Positions 1-11,100 of a stretch of 38,178 bases of DNA are shown piece by piece. A model generated the notes under the pieces. The model was not told the DNA's origin. It saw nothing but the letters and a program-made list of their open reading frames with translations, and did not search any database. This stretch comes from a virus. Lineage: Duplodnaviria; Heunggongvirae; Uroviricota; Caudoviricetes. The position numbers were made by a program, and so were the translations under genes. Numbering within the stretch: the stretch's first letter is position 1; each line of letters starts with the position of its first letter. The stretch lies in the IMG/VR virus record IMGVR_UViG_3300029468_000001, one strand, 5' to 3'.

Positions 1-667
1 CTTCCATTTTGCATTGATACTTGAGCAAGGTTTTATAATTATACTTTTTATGTTTCAAAAAGTATTTTATTATTTCTTCAAATAGAGAAGAAAATACTAT
101 AGGTAATTCATCAGAAAATTCATATGTATAAGTTATATCATGTTTCTTTAAAGAAATAAGTTTTCCAATAAAGTAATAAAGTTGTTTATATGAAAATTTC
201 ATAGTATCAAATGTAATTTTATTGCATTTGTAAATAAATTGATTTTCCATGCAACGTAATGAAAGATTCATATAATATAACAAATCCATTTCTTCAAAAG
301 AGATAATGTTATTTTCAACTTTTGTAGATAGTGTAATATCCATTTCTATCTCAGTTGCATGAACCTCTGAATAAATCATCATTAATCTTTTAAATGATTC
401 TTTGTTGTATGTAAAAAAGTTGAATGCATCATGTAAATGAGTAAATTCATGATATAAAGTTTCTTTTATAAAATTTTCATTCTGATTAAATAAATCAGGA
501 TCAATCTTTAAAATGCGTTTGCCTTCATATAATGTATGTGCATCAAATCTAGCCCATGCATCAAGATTATCAACAATTTCGATATTTATTTTAGAAATTG
601 GATAATATTCATCACTGTATTGTTCTAAATATTCATATATCTTTTGTTCAATCTTTTCTTTTGTCAT
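1..667 (-). CDS. HExxH zinc-metallopeptidase-like protein, runs off the left edge (>222 aa); not in the ORF track
   Basis: Hand translation from ATG 667 (GGAG RBS at 677-680 on minus) gives MTKEKIEQKIYEYLEQ...LYHEFTHLHDAF...IYSEVHATE, open to base 1. HEFTH plus a downstream Glu. Confidence 0.75.
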   Translation of the reverse strand, partial: MTKEKIEQKIYEYLEQYSDEYYPISKINIEIVDNLDAWARFDAHTLYEGKRILKIDPDLFNQNENFIKETLYHEFTHLHDAFNFFTYNKESFKRLMMIYSEVHATEIEMDITLSTKVENNIISFEEMDLLYYMNLSLRCMENQFIYKCNKITFDTMKFSYKQLYYFIGKLISLKKHDITYTYEFSDELPIVFSSLFEEIIKYFLKHKKYNYKTLLKYQCKME

Positions 668-703
668 ACTATTAATCTCCGTATTCATGAAGCAGGTGAT
701 ACT

Positions 704-892
704 ATGTTAAAATTAAGCTATAAATTGAAACAACTTTTAAATATACATAAAAAAGAACCTACATATACCACAGAGTTACAAGAACTTTATAAAATAATTG
801 ATGACATGTTAGAGTTGCCAGATAGCGGCAGTAAGGAACTTTATAATTATTATCATAATTTGCGTGATAATAATCACTGTTCCCATTTATAA
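704..892 (+). CDS. small hypothetical protein (62 aa)
   Basis: ORF track 644..892. ATG 704 preceded by AGGTGA is the more plausible start. Confidence 0.45.
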   Translation: MLKLSYKLKQLLNIHKKEPTYTTELQELYKIIDDMLELPDSGSKELYNYYHNLRDNNHCSHL

Positions 893-979
893 CCGAGTAT
901 ATTTCTATCCAGAAACAGGCGAATGTCATCTGTATTCAGGCAATCCAAATGATTATGTTTAAATAATTTGAAATTCTTA

Positions 980-1032
980 TTGACTTTTTGTCTATCATAA
1001 AGTATTATGTACTTGTAACTTATTGATAGACA
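980..1032 (+). promoter_or_regulatory. sigma70/sigmaA promoter with inverted-repeat operator upstream of RHH gene
   Basis: TTGACT (980-985), 17 bp, TATTAT (1003-1008). Inverted pair TGTCTATCA (989-997) / TGATAGACA (1024-1032). Confidence 0.65.
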
Positions 1033-1047
1033 GAAAGTTGGTGTTAT

Positions 1048-1230
1048 ATGTCTTCAAAAATGGGACGACCTCTTTCTGATAATCCAAGAAATCATAAAAT
1101 GTTTATTCGTCTTACTGATGAAGAACATGATTTATTGGTAAAATGTTGTGAGATAACAAATAAATCTAAGGCTGAATTAGCTAGAGAAGGATTAAAACTC
1201 ATAACAAATAAAATATTGGAAAGAGAATAA
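1048..1230 (+). CDS. ribbon-helix-helix (CopG/Arc-like) DNA-binding protein
   Basis: 60 aa, MGRP...MFIRLTDEEHDLL...SKAELAREG pattern typical of RHH proteins; promoter upstream. Confidence 0.7.
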   Translation: MSSKMGRPLSDNPRNHKMFIRLTDEEHDLLVKCCEITNKSKAELAREGLKLITNKILERE

Positions 1231-1345
1231 ACAATGAGAACCGCAGCATCCGGCAAGATCACAGCGATTCTCATACATACCCGTTATGAACGGACATATT
1301 CATTTTACTCTATGTCTTGCAAAAAATCAAGATAGGAGAATTAAA

Positions 1346-2146
1346 ATGAACGATTTAAAAATTTTTAAGAACAGTGAATTTGGAAACTTAACTGTTGAGG
1401 TAGGATCTGATAATACCATACTATTCTTTTTAAATGAAGTATGTATGTATTTAGGATATACCAAGACAGCAAAAGGAAAGAAATATTTACGCAAAGATAA
1501 AATCGTAAATATTTGTGAAAGCCTTGATATTCAAGGGTTGTCACTTGGTGACAACTTTTCGCCAATTACTTTAGATACTGACTTCAATAACGTTAGGATT
1601 ACAGAAGATGCTCTTTACGATTTAATATTAGAATCCAAAGCAAAGAATGCAAGACAATTCAGATTATGGGTGACAAAAGAAGTTCTTCCTCAGATTCGTA
1701 AAACAGGTGGTTACATCCCTATTAAAGAAGATGAACCGAATGAATTATTTTTAGCCAGAGCTGTTCAGATTGCAAATGAAACAATCAAGCACAAGGATGA
1801 GATTATTGCGAATCAGAAAAAGCGAATCATTGACTTAGAGGTTACTGAGCAGGATTGGAAATTGCTCATGGACTCAAAAGGAACATTCAGTGTAAATGAA
1901 ATTGCATATTTTATAGGTATTGGTGAATATAAATTATTCTCCTATTTAAGAAATGTTGGAATTTTATTTAAAAATGAAAATAATGACAATGTTCCATATG
2001 AGAAACCTGTACATAAAGGTAAGTTTACTGCTATTCCTGCTATCGCTCCTGATGGATCTGCTCATTTACAGACAAGAATTTATCCAGACGGAATCTCATA
2101 TATTACAAAGCTACTTCGTAAATATGGATATTTGGAGGTAGCTTGA
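1346..2146 (+). CDS. phage antirepressor (BRO-N plus ANT/KilA-C-like domain)
   Basis: MNDLKIFKNSEFG, ITEDALYDLILES, FRLWVTKEVLPQIRKTGGY; C-terminal GIGEYKLFSYLR...QTRIYPDGISYI. RBS AGGAG before ATG 1346. Confidence 0.85.
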   Translation: MNDLKIFKNSEFGNLTVEVGSDNTILFFLNEVCMYLGYTKTAKGKKYLRKDKIVNICESLDIQGLSLGDNFSPITLDTDFNNVRITEDALYDLILESKAKNARQFRLWVTKEVLPQIRKTGGYIPIKEDEPNELFLARAVQIANETIKHKDEIIANQKKRIIDLEVTEQDWKLLMDSKGTFSVNEIAYFIGIGEYKLFSYLRNVGILFKNENNDNVPYEKPVHKGKFTAIPAIAPDGSAHLQTRIYPDGISYITKLLRKYGYLEVA

Positions 2147-2147
2147 T

Positions 2148-2309
2148 ATGGTAGTGGAAATGACTGATAATTTAATTCATGTAGTAATACTGGATATTTC
2201 TGGTGTATATGTACAGATACATAATGATGGATATTTTGATAGGGTATCTTTAGATGAGATTGAAAGACAATATAGTGATGAAACTCGTTGGAAAATTGTA
2301 ATTATATAA
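2148..2309 (+). CDS. small hypothetical protein (53 aa), below the ORF-track cutoff
   Basis: GGAGGT RBS at 2134, ATG 2148 just after the antirepressor stop; MVVEMTDNLIHVVILDISGVY...KIVII*. Confidence 0.6.
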   Translation: MVVEMTDNLIHVVILDISGVYVQIHNDGYFDRVSLDEIERQYSDETRWKIVII

Positions 2310-2437
2310 TTGTATACATATATGGTAGTTATTTGGTAGATAATTTTATTAAAGGGGCAGTTGATAAACAACGCCCCAATTGGAGAATAAAATATATGAT
2401 ATAAAATAAACGAAGTATAGATATGTTAGGAATAAAA

Positions 2438-2626
2438 TTATTTATTGCTGTCGAATTGTTCCCTCATCATGTCAGAGATTGCTTTGACTTTCTCGTTTGA
2501 TAACTCAGGATGTTCTACAATTTTTTGAACAGCGTATGCCTTACTAACATAATATGCAGTAACGCTTAATGCCATAAAAGAAACGGCTAAAAGTAAACTA
2601 GCAATGGCTTTCTTTGGTTTTAACAT
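2438..2626 (-). CDS. small membrane/secreted protein, possible type I toxin
   Basis: MLKPKKAIASLLLAVSFMALSVTAYYV... has one hydrophobic helix; strong GGAGGTG RBS before ATG 2626. Confidence 0.6.
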   Translation of the reverse strand: MLKPKKAIASLLLAVSFMALSVTAYYVSKAYAVQKIVEHPELSNEKVKAISDMMREQFDSNK

Positions 2627-3052
2627 TATCTCACCTCCTCCCATTAGCTAGTTTTTACAAGTAAATATTTGGGAGTTCCTCTTAGAATAAAGAGGACGTA
2701 GATTTTATATTTAGCATTAACACATACAAGAATTGTATGCTAACACTTCCGTATGACATATAGTGTCGGGTACTTACCGTGACGATGAGTTGCAATACGA
2801 CAATACAACTGTAGTATACTTGTTATTATCTTACCAATAACTACCATATTTGTAAATTAAGAACCTATGTTTTGTCATATTATGACAGTTTATAGTGTGT
2901 CATTTTGTGTATTTTTAAATGTAATACTATATAATTCACCACTTATACAGATATTCAATCACCTTAAAGAACATTAGTTTTGTCTATACTTCTTATATTA
3001 ATTGGTATATACTGGAAGTATCAATTAATATAATACAAAGGAGAAGTATATT

Positions 3053-3196
3053 ATGGGACAGAATGAAAAAGAAAACACAAAATTTGAAATACCAGTTTTT
3101 GAAATTGCTAGTATGGAATATAAACACGCAAAAGAATATAATCGTAATCAACAATCTAATACACAGCCGAAAAATAAAGATGATAAAAAGGAGTGA
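3053..3196 (+). CDS. small hypothetical protein (47 aa)
   Basis: AAGGAG RBS, MGQNEKENTKFEIPVFEIASMEY...KDDKKE*; stop abuts the TTG start of the next gene. Confidence 0.55.
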   Translation: MGQNEKENTKFEIPVFEIASMEYKHAKEYNRNQQSNTQPKNKDDKKE

Positions 3197-3814
3197 TTGA
3201 CCATTAAAGAAATCAACTTAATTATTCAAAACATACCCGTCATATTGCAGTATTTTATTCCAGGATTTTTATGTTTAATCATTTTTAAAATAATAACAGG
3301 TACAAATACTTCAAATAAATATACAGCTATACTTTCATGCGTGTTTAGTTATATTTTATTATCTGTATCTGAACTTATCTTTATATGGATTAAATCTTTA
3401 GAACAATTCAAAACAAATGTTTATGTGCGTTCTGTTATAAGTATTATAATGGGATTGGTTTTATCCATTATCTTTGGAATATGTTATCATACTAAAAGAT
3501 TGGGTAAAATCATGAAATTTATTTCAGGTAAAACACAATATCGAAGAATATGGCGTGATGTTATTGATTTAGATAATGGATCGAATTTGAAAATATATGT
3601 TAAAGATGATAATTACTATGTATATGGACATTTTAGAAATGTTGAAGAACATGAAGACGATCCGTATATTGCGGTATTTGGTTATGGGAAATTTGATAAG
3701 GTTACAAATGAATTATTAGAATATGAAAATCATTATTTAGATGATGATATAAAAAACGATAGTCATATTTACATGATTCGGATGTCAAACGTAGACCATA
3801 TTGAAATAGAATAA
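3197..3814 (+). CDS. membrane protein, three N-terminal TM helices plus soluble C-terminal domain (DUF6338-like)
   Basis: ORF track; 'YFIPGF' TM start; AAGGAG RBS. Confidence 0.7.
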   Translation: MTIKEINLIIQNIPVILQYFIPGFLCLIIFKIITGTNTSNKYTAILSCVFSYILLSVSELIFIWIKSLEQFKTNVYVRSVISIIMGLVLSIIFGICYHTKRLGKIMKFISGKTQYRRIWRDVIDLDNGSNLKIYVKDDNYYVYGHFRNVEEHEDDPYIAVFGYGKFDKVTNELLEYENHYLDDDIKNDSHIYMIRMSNVDHIEIE

Positions 3815-3828
3815 AATAGTAAGTATTA

Positions 3829-3854
3829 AGAGGGCTAGTATATACTAGCCCTCT
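3829..3854. terminator. bidirectional terminator between convergent genes
   Basis: Perfect 26-bp palindrome AGAGGGCTAGTATATACTAGCCCTCT. Confidence 0.75.
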
Positions 3855-3884
3855 ATTTATATCATCACCACTTATACCCACAGT

Positions 3885-4736
3885 TTATTTTGTGTATTTT
3901 AATACAATCTTTTCGTATACAATTTGTGGAACATTTTCTTGTTGATAATCATTTATAAATTTTTTATCAAACTTCCATTTTACAACTGCGTTCTCCCACG
4001 ATGGAATTTTACTTCCACGTTCAATAAGCATATTAAGGTGATCTTTAATTTCCAATTTTGTCATTAAACGAGATTCAATTACTGAGCAAAGAATAATGCG
4101 TCTAGCTTCTGCTGATAACTTTCTTTGACTGCTTACTGTATATCCACATCGATAAAGAACAGATTGTTTTTGTAATGATATAAAATTATCATCTTGGTTA
4201 TTGGTGCTGTTAGTTGTTTGATCGATAACTTGACATAATATTATCCCACTAATCATATCAAAATCAGATTTTAACATATAATATTTACCACATGTTTTAC
4301 AATATGCCAATTGAACATCTAAACATTGAACATCACATGTGTCATATAAAACAGGAATTTTAGCTATTACGTCTTGTATCTCATGATTTTCATGTTTACA
4401 TTTTTGAGTAGTTTTTAATACGATGATGTCTTGTATAGATAATTTTTTATGGAAAGCTATCATCTGAGATTTTTTAACTCCTTTAGACTCATGAACATTA
4501 TCAATTGAAGATATAAATTCTCTTAAAGCTTGTGCATCTTGTAGCAATTGTTTTTCTTTTTCTTTATCAAAAATTTTATCACTTTTCATATAAGAAAATA
4601 AATCTGACGAGATAACTTCATTTATTACTTTGAGAGAATCTTTTATTCTTTCAATAGCAAGATTTATGGCAGATATTTCATTGCAAACCTCTTTGTCATA
4701 TCTTAAAATAATGTTTTGTATATATTCTGGTATCAT
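3885..4736 (-). CDS. hypothetical protein with putative zinc-binding motif
   Basis: ORF track 3885..4799; likely start ATG 4736 after GGGAG. Contains CKHENH...YCKTCGKY. Confidence 0.7.
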   Translation of the reverse strand: MIPEYIQNIILRYDKEVCNEISAINLAIERIKDSLKVINEVISSDLFSYMKSDKIFDKEKEKQLLQDAQALREFISSIDNVHESKGVKKSQMIAFHKKLSIQDIIVLKTTQKCKHENHEIQDVIAKIPVLYDTCDVQCLDVQLAYCKTCGKYYMLKSDFDMISGIILCQVIDQTTNSTNNQDDNFISLQKQSVLYRCGYTVSSQRKLSAEARRIILCSVIESRLMTKLEIKDHLNMLIERGSKIPSWENAVVKWKFDKKFINDYQQENVPQIVYEKIVLKYTK

Positions 4737-4753
4737 ATGTAAATCTCCCTCGT

Positions 4754-5119
4754 TTATAATAGTATCATTAAACAACGAATCATAATTAATAAAATACACA
4801 ATGCAGAAGTGGTAATTAGAATATATCCAATTACTCTTCTACTCTTTTTTGAATCATGTGTAATAATAAATTTAGATGATAAAAATATTACTGTTATAAA
4901 TTCTGCTATTGTAATCAAAATCAGGAATGCGCACGATAATAATATTTCACGTCCACCATCATAAAGTAATATACAACTCGCTATTGGACAAATAATGGCT
5001 AATATTCCTATTATAATAGGGTAAATAAAATCCAATGATCCATCCGCTAGTAATTTCAATAAGAATAAAATAATTAAAAATATTATAACTCCCATATAAC
5101 TATCTCTCACTTTATTCAT
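4754..5119 (-). CDS. multi-pass membrane protein
   Basis: 121 aa, about four hydrophobic segments; TGnTATAAT extended -10 just upstream on minus. Confidence 0.6.
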   Translation of the reverse strand: MNKVRDSYMGVIIFLIILFLLKLLADGSLDFIYPIIIGILAIICPIASCILLYDGGREILLSCAFLILITIAEFITVIFLSSKFIITHDSKKSRRVIGYILITTSALCILLIMIRCLMILL

Positions 5120-5198
5120 AGTAATTTCATTTATGCATTATAGCACAATATACATCCCAAGTATATAAAAATCGTAGGTAGCTCAATCAATTGCTAAT

Positions 5199-8100
5199 AT
5201 GCAAAATAAAATTGCAACAAATAATACGCTTAAAACAGTATCGGGTTTAATGGCTTCTCAATACAGAGCAGGAAATGCTCCTAATGTCGATGCTGTTCTG
5301 AGAGATGCAAACGCATCAAATTATTTTAAAAGAACATATGGTGCTTATATTGGTAATTATATTCACGAATTAGACCAAAAAAATAATGTTGATAAGGCAG
5401 CACTTTCCAGTACTGAAAATTTAACGGCGGCAATTCAACGCCAAGGTGGAACAGTTCCTGTTGTTACAAGCAAATGGGATGCGTTTAAAACGGGATTAAA
5501 AGATGCTGGTTCAGTATTTAAGGCATCAGCAATTAACATTGGGGCCAATCTTGCTGTTTCTGCTACAATTCAAGGTATTGCCACAGCATTTGATTATGTA
5601 TCTAATAAACAAGAACGTGCAATTGAATCTGGTGATGAAGTAATCCAGAATTATAAAGATATAAATGAGCAGATGGCGCAATCTTCTTCTTGGATTGAAA
5701 CAAATGGCGAAAAATATACTACTCTTTCAAAAGGCGTGAGTTCTTTAGGAACAAATCTTGGATTAACAAACGAAGAATATGCTGAATATCAAGAATTGGC
5801 ATCTCAGATTGCAACACAATTTCCAGAATTGGTATCAGGATATGATTCACTAGGAAAACCGATTATTAAAGCTGCAACAGATGTTGATACATTAAAAGCT
5901 ACTCTTAAAACACAAAAAGTCAATCAATATACTGAAAGTGTTAAAAATGCTAAAGATGTAATCGACAAATTAAATGCGGAAGTTAACCAAGATAAAAATT
6001 GGTTTTGGGAGGAAGCAGGTACAGACCAACAGTTACAATCATTGGAAAAATTCCAATCTGCATATGAAAATGCTTTTAAAAACAAAGGTGGTAACAAATT
6101 TTTAGATTTAAACCAATGGTTAGATGATGGTAATTTCGTAGATGCACTTGATAATGCAGGAGTTAGTGTAAAAGACTTCGGTAAATTAATAAATGAATTA
6201 AACGACTCGCAAGGGAAACTTAAAGCTAATAGCGACACTAATGATTTCCTTAATACTATTATTGGATCACAAGAATCTTTAAGAAATCAACGTGAAAACT
6301 CTGCTGATGAATTAAAAAGTTATATCCCTGCATTCTTTCAAGAACAACGAGCTTATCAAAATTTATTAGATGATGTTCCAAGTATAGAGAGTGAACTTAC
6401 ATCATTAATAAATTCTTTTTCATATGAAGATTTAGAGAAAAATGGTTTTACTGGTGATAAAGCGATTAGTAAATTAAAATCTTGGAGTCAATCCGCTGTA
6501 AAGGAACTGAAAGATAAGGACGTTCAAGATGCATTAAATGATGTATTTACAATAAATGATGATAGTTCTAAACAATCATTTGATTCATGGCAAAAAGAGG
6601 CAGATGCAACCCTTGATAAAGCTAGTGAAAAAACTAAAAGTTTTTCACGAGAGCAAATGCGGGAAGCTTCTGGAATCAAAGACCAATGGGAAGAACTAAG
6701 AGGTATTCAAACAAAAGTTGCCGAAAGATGGGATGATACAACAGGTATTAAATCAAGAGATTTAAGTATTGAGGATTTAGAAACTCTTGGTACTATGCTG
6801 TCTGATACACAATACGATGGACAATCATTTGAAGAAATGGTTGATCAGATTCAGAATGTCCAAGATACATCTCGCCTCACTCTTGAAAATATGCAAAAAG
6901 TAGTAACCGATACTACTGCAAATTTATCAACGTTACAATCTGCAACAAGTGAAGCTTCATCTGTCACAGGATTAACTGCTGATACAATTACCTCTATGGA
7001 CGGTATGTTCTCTGACATTGATAATTTTGATAGTGCCGCATTGTTTAAAAATACAGCAAATGGTGTAAAATTAAACACTAAAGCATTATCAAGTCTTTTA
7101 GCAGTTCAGCATGATATTAAAGCAAATGATTTTACACGTTCTATAGAAGAACAGACTAAAGCTATTGCAGAGCAAAATGATGTTGTGCAAGCTCAAACTA
7201 AAGGTACAGATGCATATAAGACAGAACAAGACAAATTAAAATCTATGTTTGCGGATTTGTCTGCATTGCAACAAGCACAGTCACAGTATCACGCTCTTTA
7301 TAAACAACAACAAGAACTCTTCTCTGATTATGGTCAGTGGCAACAAGCACAATCTACCGCTAATGCAGGTGATAAGTACAACAATATGGTTTCTGGTCTT
7401 CAAGCTGCTAAAGATGCTTGGGATAAAGGACTTATTGGAACAGATGATTTTAAATCATTTGCAAAACTTATATCTCCGTCTGGTGCAACAGATGATGTAA
7501 ATTTTGCCGAAAACTATTCTAAAGCAGCACGTTATCTTACAGAGGATGAATCTGGTGTGAAGGCATTCTTAAATGACTTATCTTCTAAAGGTCTTGCGGA
7601 TTTCAATGAAGAATCTCAGCAATGGTCATATAACGTAAAAGATATGGCAGAAGCCGCTAAACAAATGGGTATGGGTAAAGACTTCATGTCCAATATGTTT
7701 GGTAGGCTTGAAGATTATGGATTCCATAATAATGTTATTTCTGATGCAGAAGATGGTGTTCTAAAATTATCAGATGCTTATTCCAATCTTGCAGAGTCAG
7801 AAGCTAGACTTGAAGATTTAAAGAAAAACGATCCTACTAATACTACCGCTATTGAGCAAGCAGAGAAGGAAGTTTCTGGATATAAGCAAGATATTGATGA
7901 ACTTGGTATAAACCTGAAAGAAGTCGCTTCACATACAGCAGAGAATTATAATCGTGAACTTGAAACTGCTAAAAATCAGATGAAAACCCTTGCTGATGAA
8001 CGTGAACGTATTTTAAAAAGTAACGAATACGGCGATAATACTCAAGCGGTTGCTGATTATATGCAGTCACAGATTGACCAGCTAGGTCAGAATTATGGTC

Positions 8101-11100
8101 TTGATTCTTCTACCCTTCAACAACAAGCAGAGCAAGCTGCAAAAGCATATTCTGACGCATTACAAAATGCAACTATTGAAAATCCTGTTACACCTGATTT
8201 TGGTGAAGATACTGCTTCTGCTGATGCTTATGCTAGTGCAGTAGATAAAGTACAACAGGCAAATAAAGATAATAACCAGACATTATCAGATTCTATCAAA
8301 ACATTACAACAATATAATTCAGAACAAATCAAAGGTATCGACTTATTGGATGGTGCTTATGACAGCGATGAATTAAAACCTGCGGAACAAGCGTTAGATA
8401 ACATCTGTCAATCTCTTGGTCTTACGAATGAAGAAGCAGGAATGCTTGGACAAGTTCTTGAGTCTATGGGAATTATCAAACCAGAAGTAGATGATTCTGA
8501 GGTTAAACAAGCTAAGACAGATGCAGAAGAAATAAAACAAACGTATGATAATTTAGGTGACAGTACAGTTTCTATTAATGCGGATGTTTCTGGTGAAGAT
8601 AGTGTTGCATCTTTTGTTGATCAATGTTCTTCTATTCAGCAAGGTATGACTACTACTATTACTGCTACGGTCAGTGGGGAAAGTGAAGTAGAATCTCTCG
8701 AAAGTGGTCTTGAGCAAATCCCAGATAACACTCCTACTACTGTTGATGTTACAGTTAATAATCAGCAAGACTTAGATAATATTCAAAGTAAAGTTGATAG
8801 TCTTAATGCAGGTGGTAAGGATATCACCCTCAATGCTCATATTAAACCAGATAGTGATAGTGAAGTAGAAGTTAAAGCAAAAGATACTACTGTAAAGGTT
8901 ACACCTGATCCAAAAGAAGTTGAAGTTACTGCAAAGCCAGTAAAAGTTGACGTACAACCATCACAGAAAGAAGTTGGTGTAAGTGCAAAGGTAACGAATA
9001 AGCCAAACGCAACTTCTCAAGGAACTATTAACTATAAAAAAGGTAGTGTTGAAAAAGCTGATGGTACTACTTCTCAAGGTATTATAAATTATAAAAAAGG
9101 TGATGTTGAAAAGGCAGATGGAACTGTCTCAACAGGTATCATCAACTATGATTTAGGTAATGTTGCTAAACCAAATGGAATGGTTGCTACTGGTGTAATC
9201 AACTATGCACTAGGTAGTGTTGCTAAACCAGGCAAAGCCGCTGGTACATTTGGTCAATCCAGAGCATATGCGCAAGGTAGTCTTACTGATTTATCGGCTT
9301 ATGCAGGTGGTCGTGTTTCATTACCGAAAGATGAAAAGGCTTTGGTAAATGAGGTAGGAACAGAATCTATTGTACGTGATGGACAATGGAGTTTAATTCC
9401 TGGTGGAGCACATCTTACAAATCTTAAAAAGGGTGACATCATTTTCTCCGCTTCTCAAACAGAAGATTTACTCAGGAATGGTGCAACACCTGGTCACGCT
9501 AGGGCATACGCACAAGGAAGTCTTAGTGATATTTCTCTTGCTCATGCTTTTGGTGGTGGCTCTGGATGGGGTGGATTTGGCGGTGGATTATCCAATAAAA
9601 CATCGGTTTCATCTGGTTCATCAGACACTCCTGCAACTCAGCAACATACCAGTGCTGTTCAAAAAGATACTGATGCTACAAAGTCTAATACCAAATCCGC
9701 AAAAGATTCCACAGAAACATTTGACTGGGTAAAGACAAAACTTGATAAATTCTCTAAAGCAGTAGAACGTATCTCTAATCAGATTACAGATTATATATCT
9801 TCTGCTTTCAAAACTGTGCTTCTAAAAAGACAGGTCAAAGCAGTAGAAAAACAAATCAAGGCGAATGAACATGGATATACTGTTTATATGAACAAAGCTA
9901 ATTCTATTGGAATTAGTGATGACTATAAGAATAAAGTAATCAATGGTGCATTATCCGTAGAGGATATTGATACATCTACAGATACAGGTAAGCAACTCGC
10001 CAAAGATGTAAAGAACTTCCAGACCTATTATAACTCAGCGCAAGATTGTAAAGACACAATTCAAGAGCTAAACAACAAGCTTCTGGAATTATATGAAACA
10101 ATCGTAAATATGCCTACGGAAAAGGCAGAGAAAAAGATTGACAGATTAAAGACTAAACTTGAATCTCTCAATGCTGTTTCTGATACCGTTTCATTGGGTG
10201 GATCTGCGATTGCAGCAATGCAGAATCAGATTAAGGTTAACATTCCTGGTTTAGGTAATGCACAGAAGAAGCTTGATAAGGCTGAAACTGCTAGAAATGC
10301 AACTAAGAAAACTCGCGCAAAAGCAAGTAAGACTTTAAAATCTGCTACGGCTGATGCAGAGTCTACAGGAGATACACTTATCAAGGCAAGCGAGAAACAG
10401 ACTAAATCCATAGGTAAGAAACTGAAAAGTGCCGCAAAGTCTAGTACAAATAAAGCTACTTATAATGCAATTGCACAGGCAATTCGTGAAGGCAAAGCAG
10501 TCAATACAAAGGGGCTGAAAGGTTCTGCACTAAAATATGCGAAATCATATAACAGTTCTTTGAAGCAAGGCAATACTATTGCTTCCAAGATTAAGGCAGG
10601 TAAAACTGTTAAGACCTCTGGAATGTCAAATATATTGAAGTCTACGGCACAGGCATATAACGCTGATGCAAAAGAGAAAGCTTCTGCACAGAAAGTATAT
10701 GACAATGCTAAGAAAGCAGACGAAAAAGCCTTGAATGATCTGATAAAGGCTCAGAAAAACAAAGATAAGTTATATGCAGGTTCTACTAAGGAACAACAGA
10801 TTCTTGCGACAACAAAAGGTAAGAAATCATATGTATACCAGAATATGCTTCTTACACAGGAAACTAAGAATCTCAAGGAACAGAACAAACAGCGTCAGAA
10901 AGCTTTAAAAGAGACTCGTGATAGCTATATGAAGGCAAAAAGTAAGTATGATACTGCTGATGCTGATAAAACGAAATCTCAGAATAAACTTCTGAACAAT
11001 AAAACTGTCATGTCTAAGTTGAATAAAACTCAACAAAAGGCATTAAAGGCAGGTAAAACAGTAAGTACAAAAGGTATCACTGATCCTAAAGTGCTGAAAT

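Larger units (their letters stand above)
2936..3877 (+). repeat. 13-bp direct repeat TCACCACTTATAC bracketing a two-gene cassette
   Basis: Identical copies at 2936-2948 and 3865-3877. Confidence 0.7.

Noticed and set aside
3812..3822. TAAAATAGTAA at the end of the 3197..3814 gene, matching the variant shufflon repeat
   Set aside because: An isolated AT-rich 11-mer about 21 kb from the recombinase, followed by a terminator rather than a cassette; likely chance.
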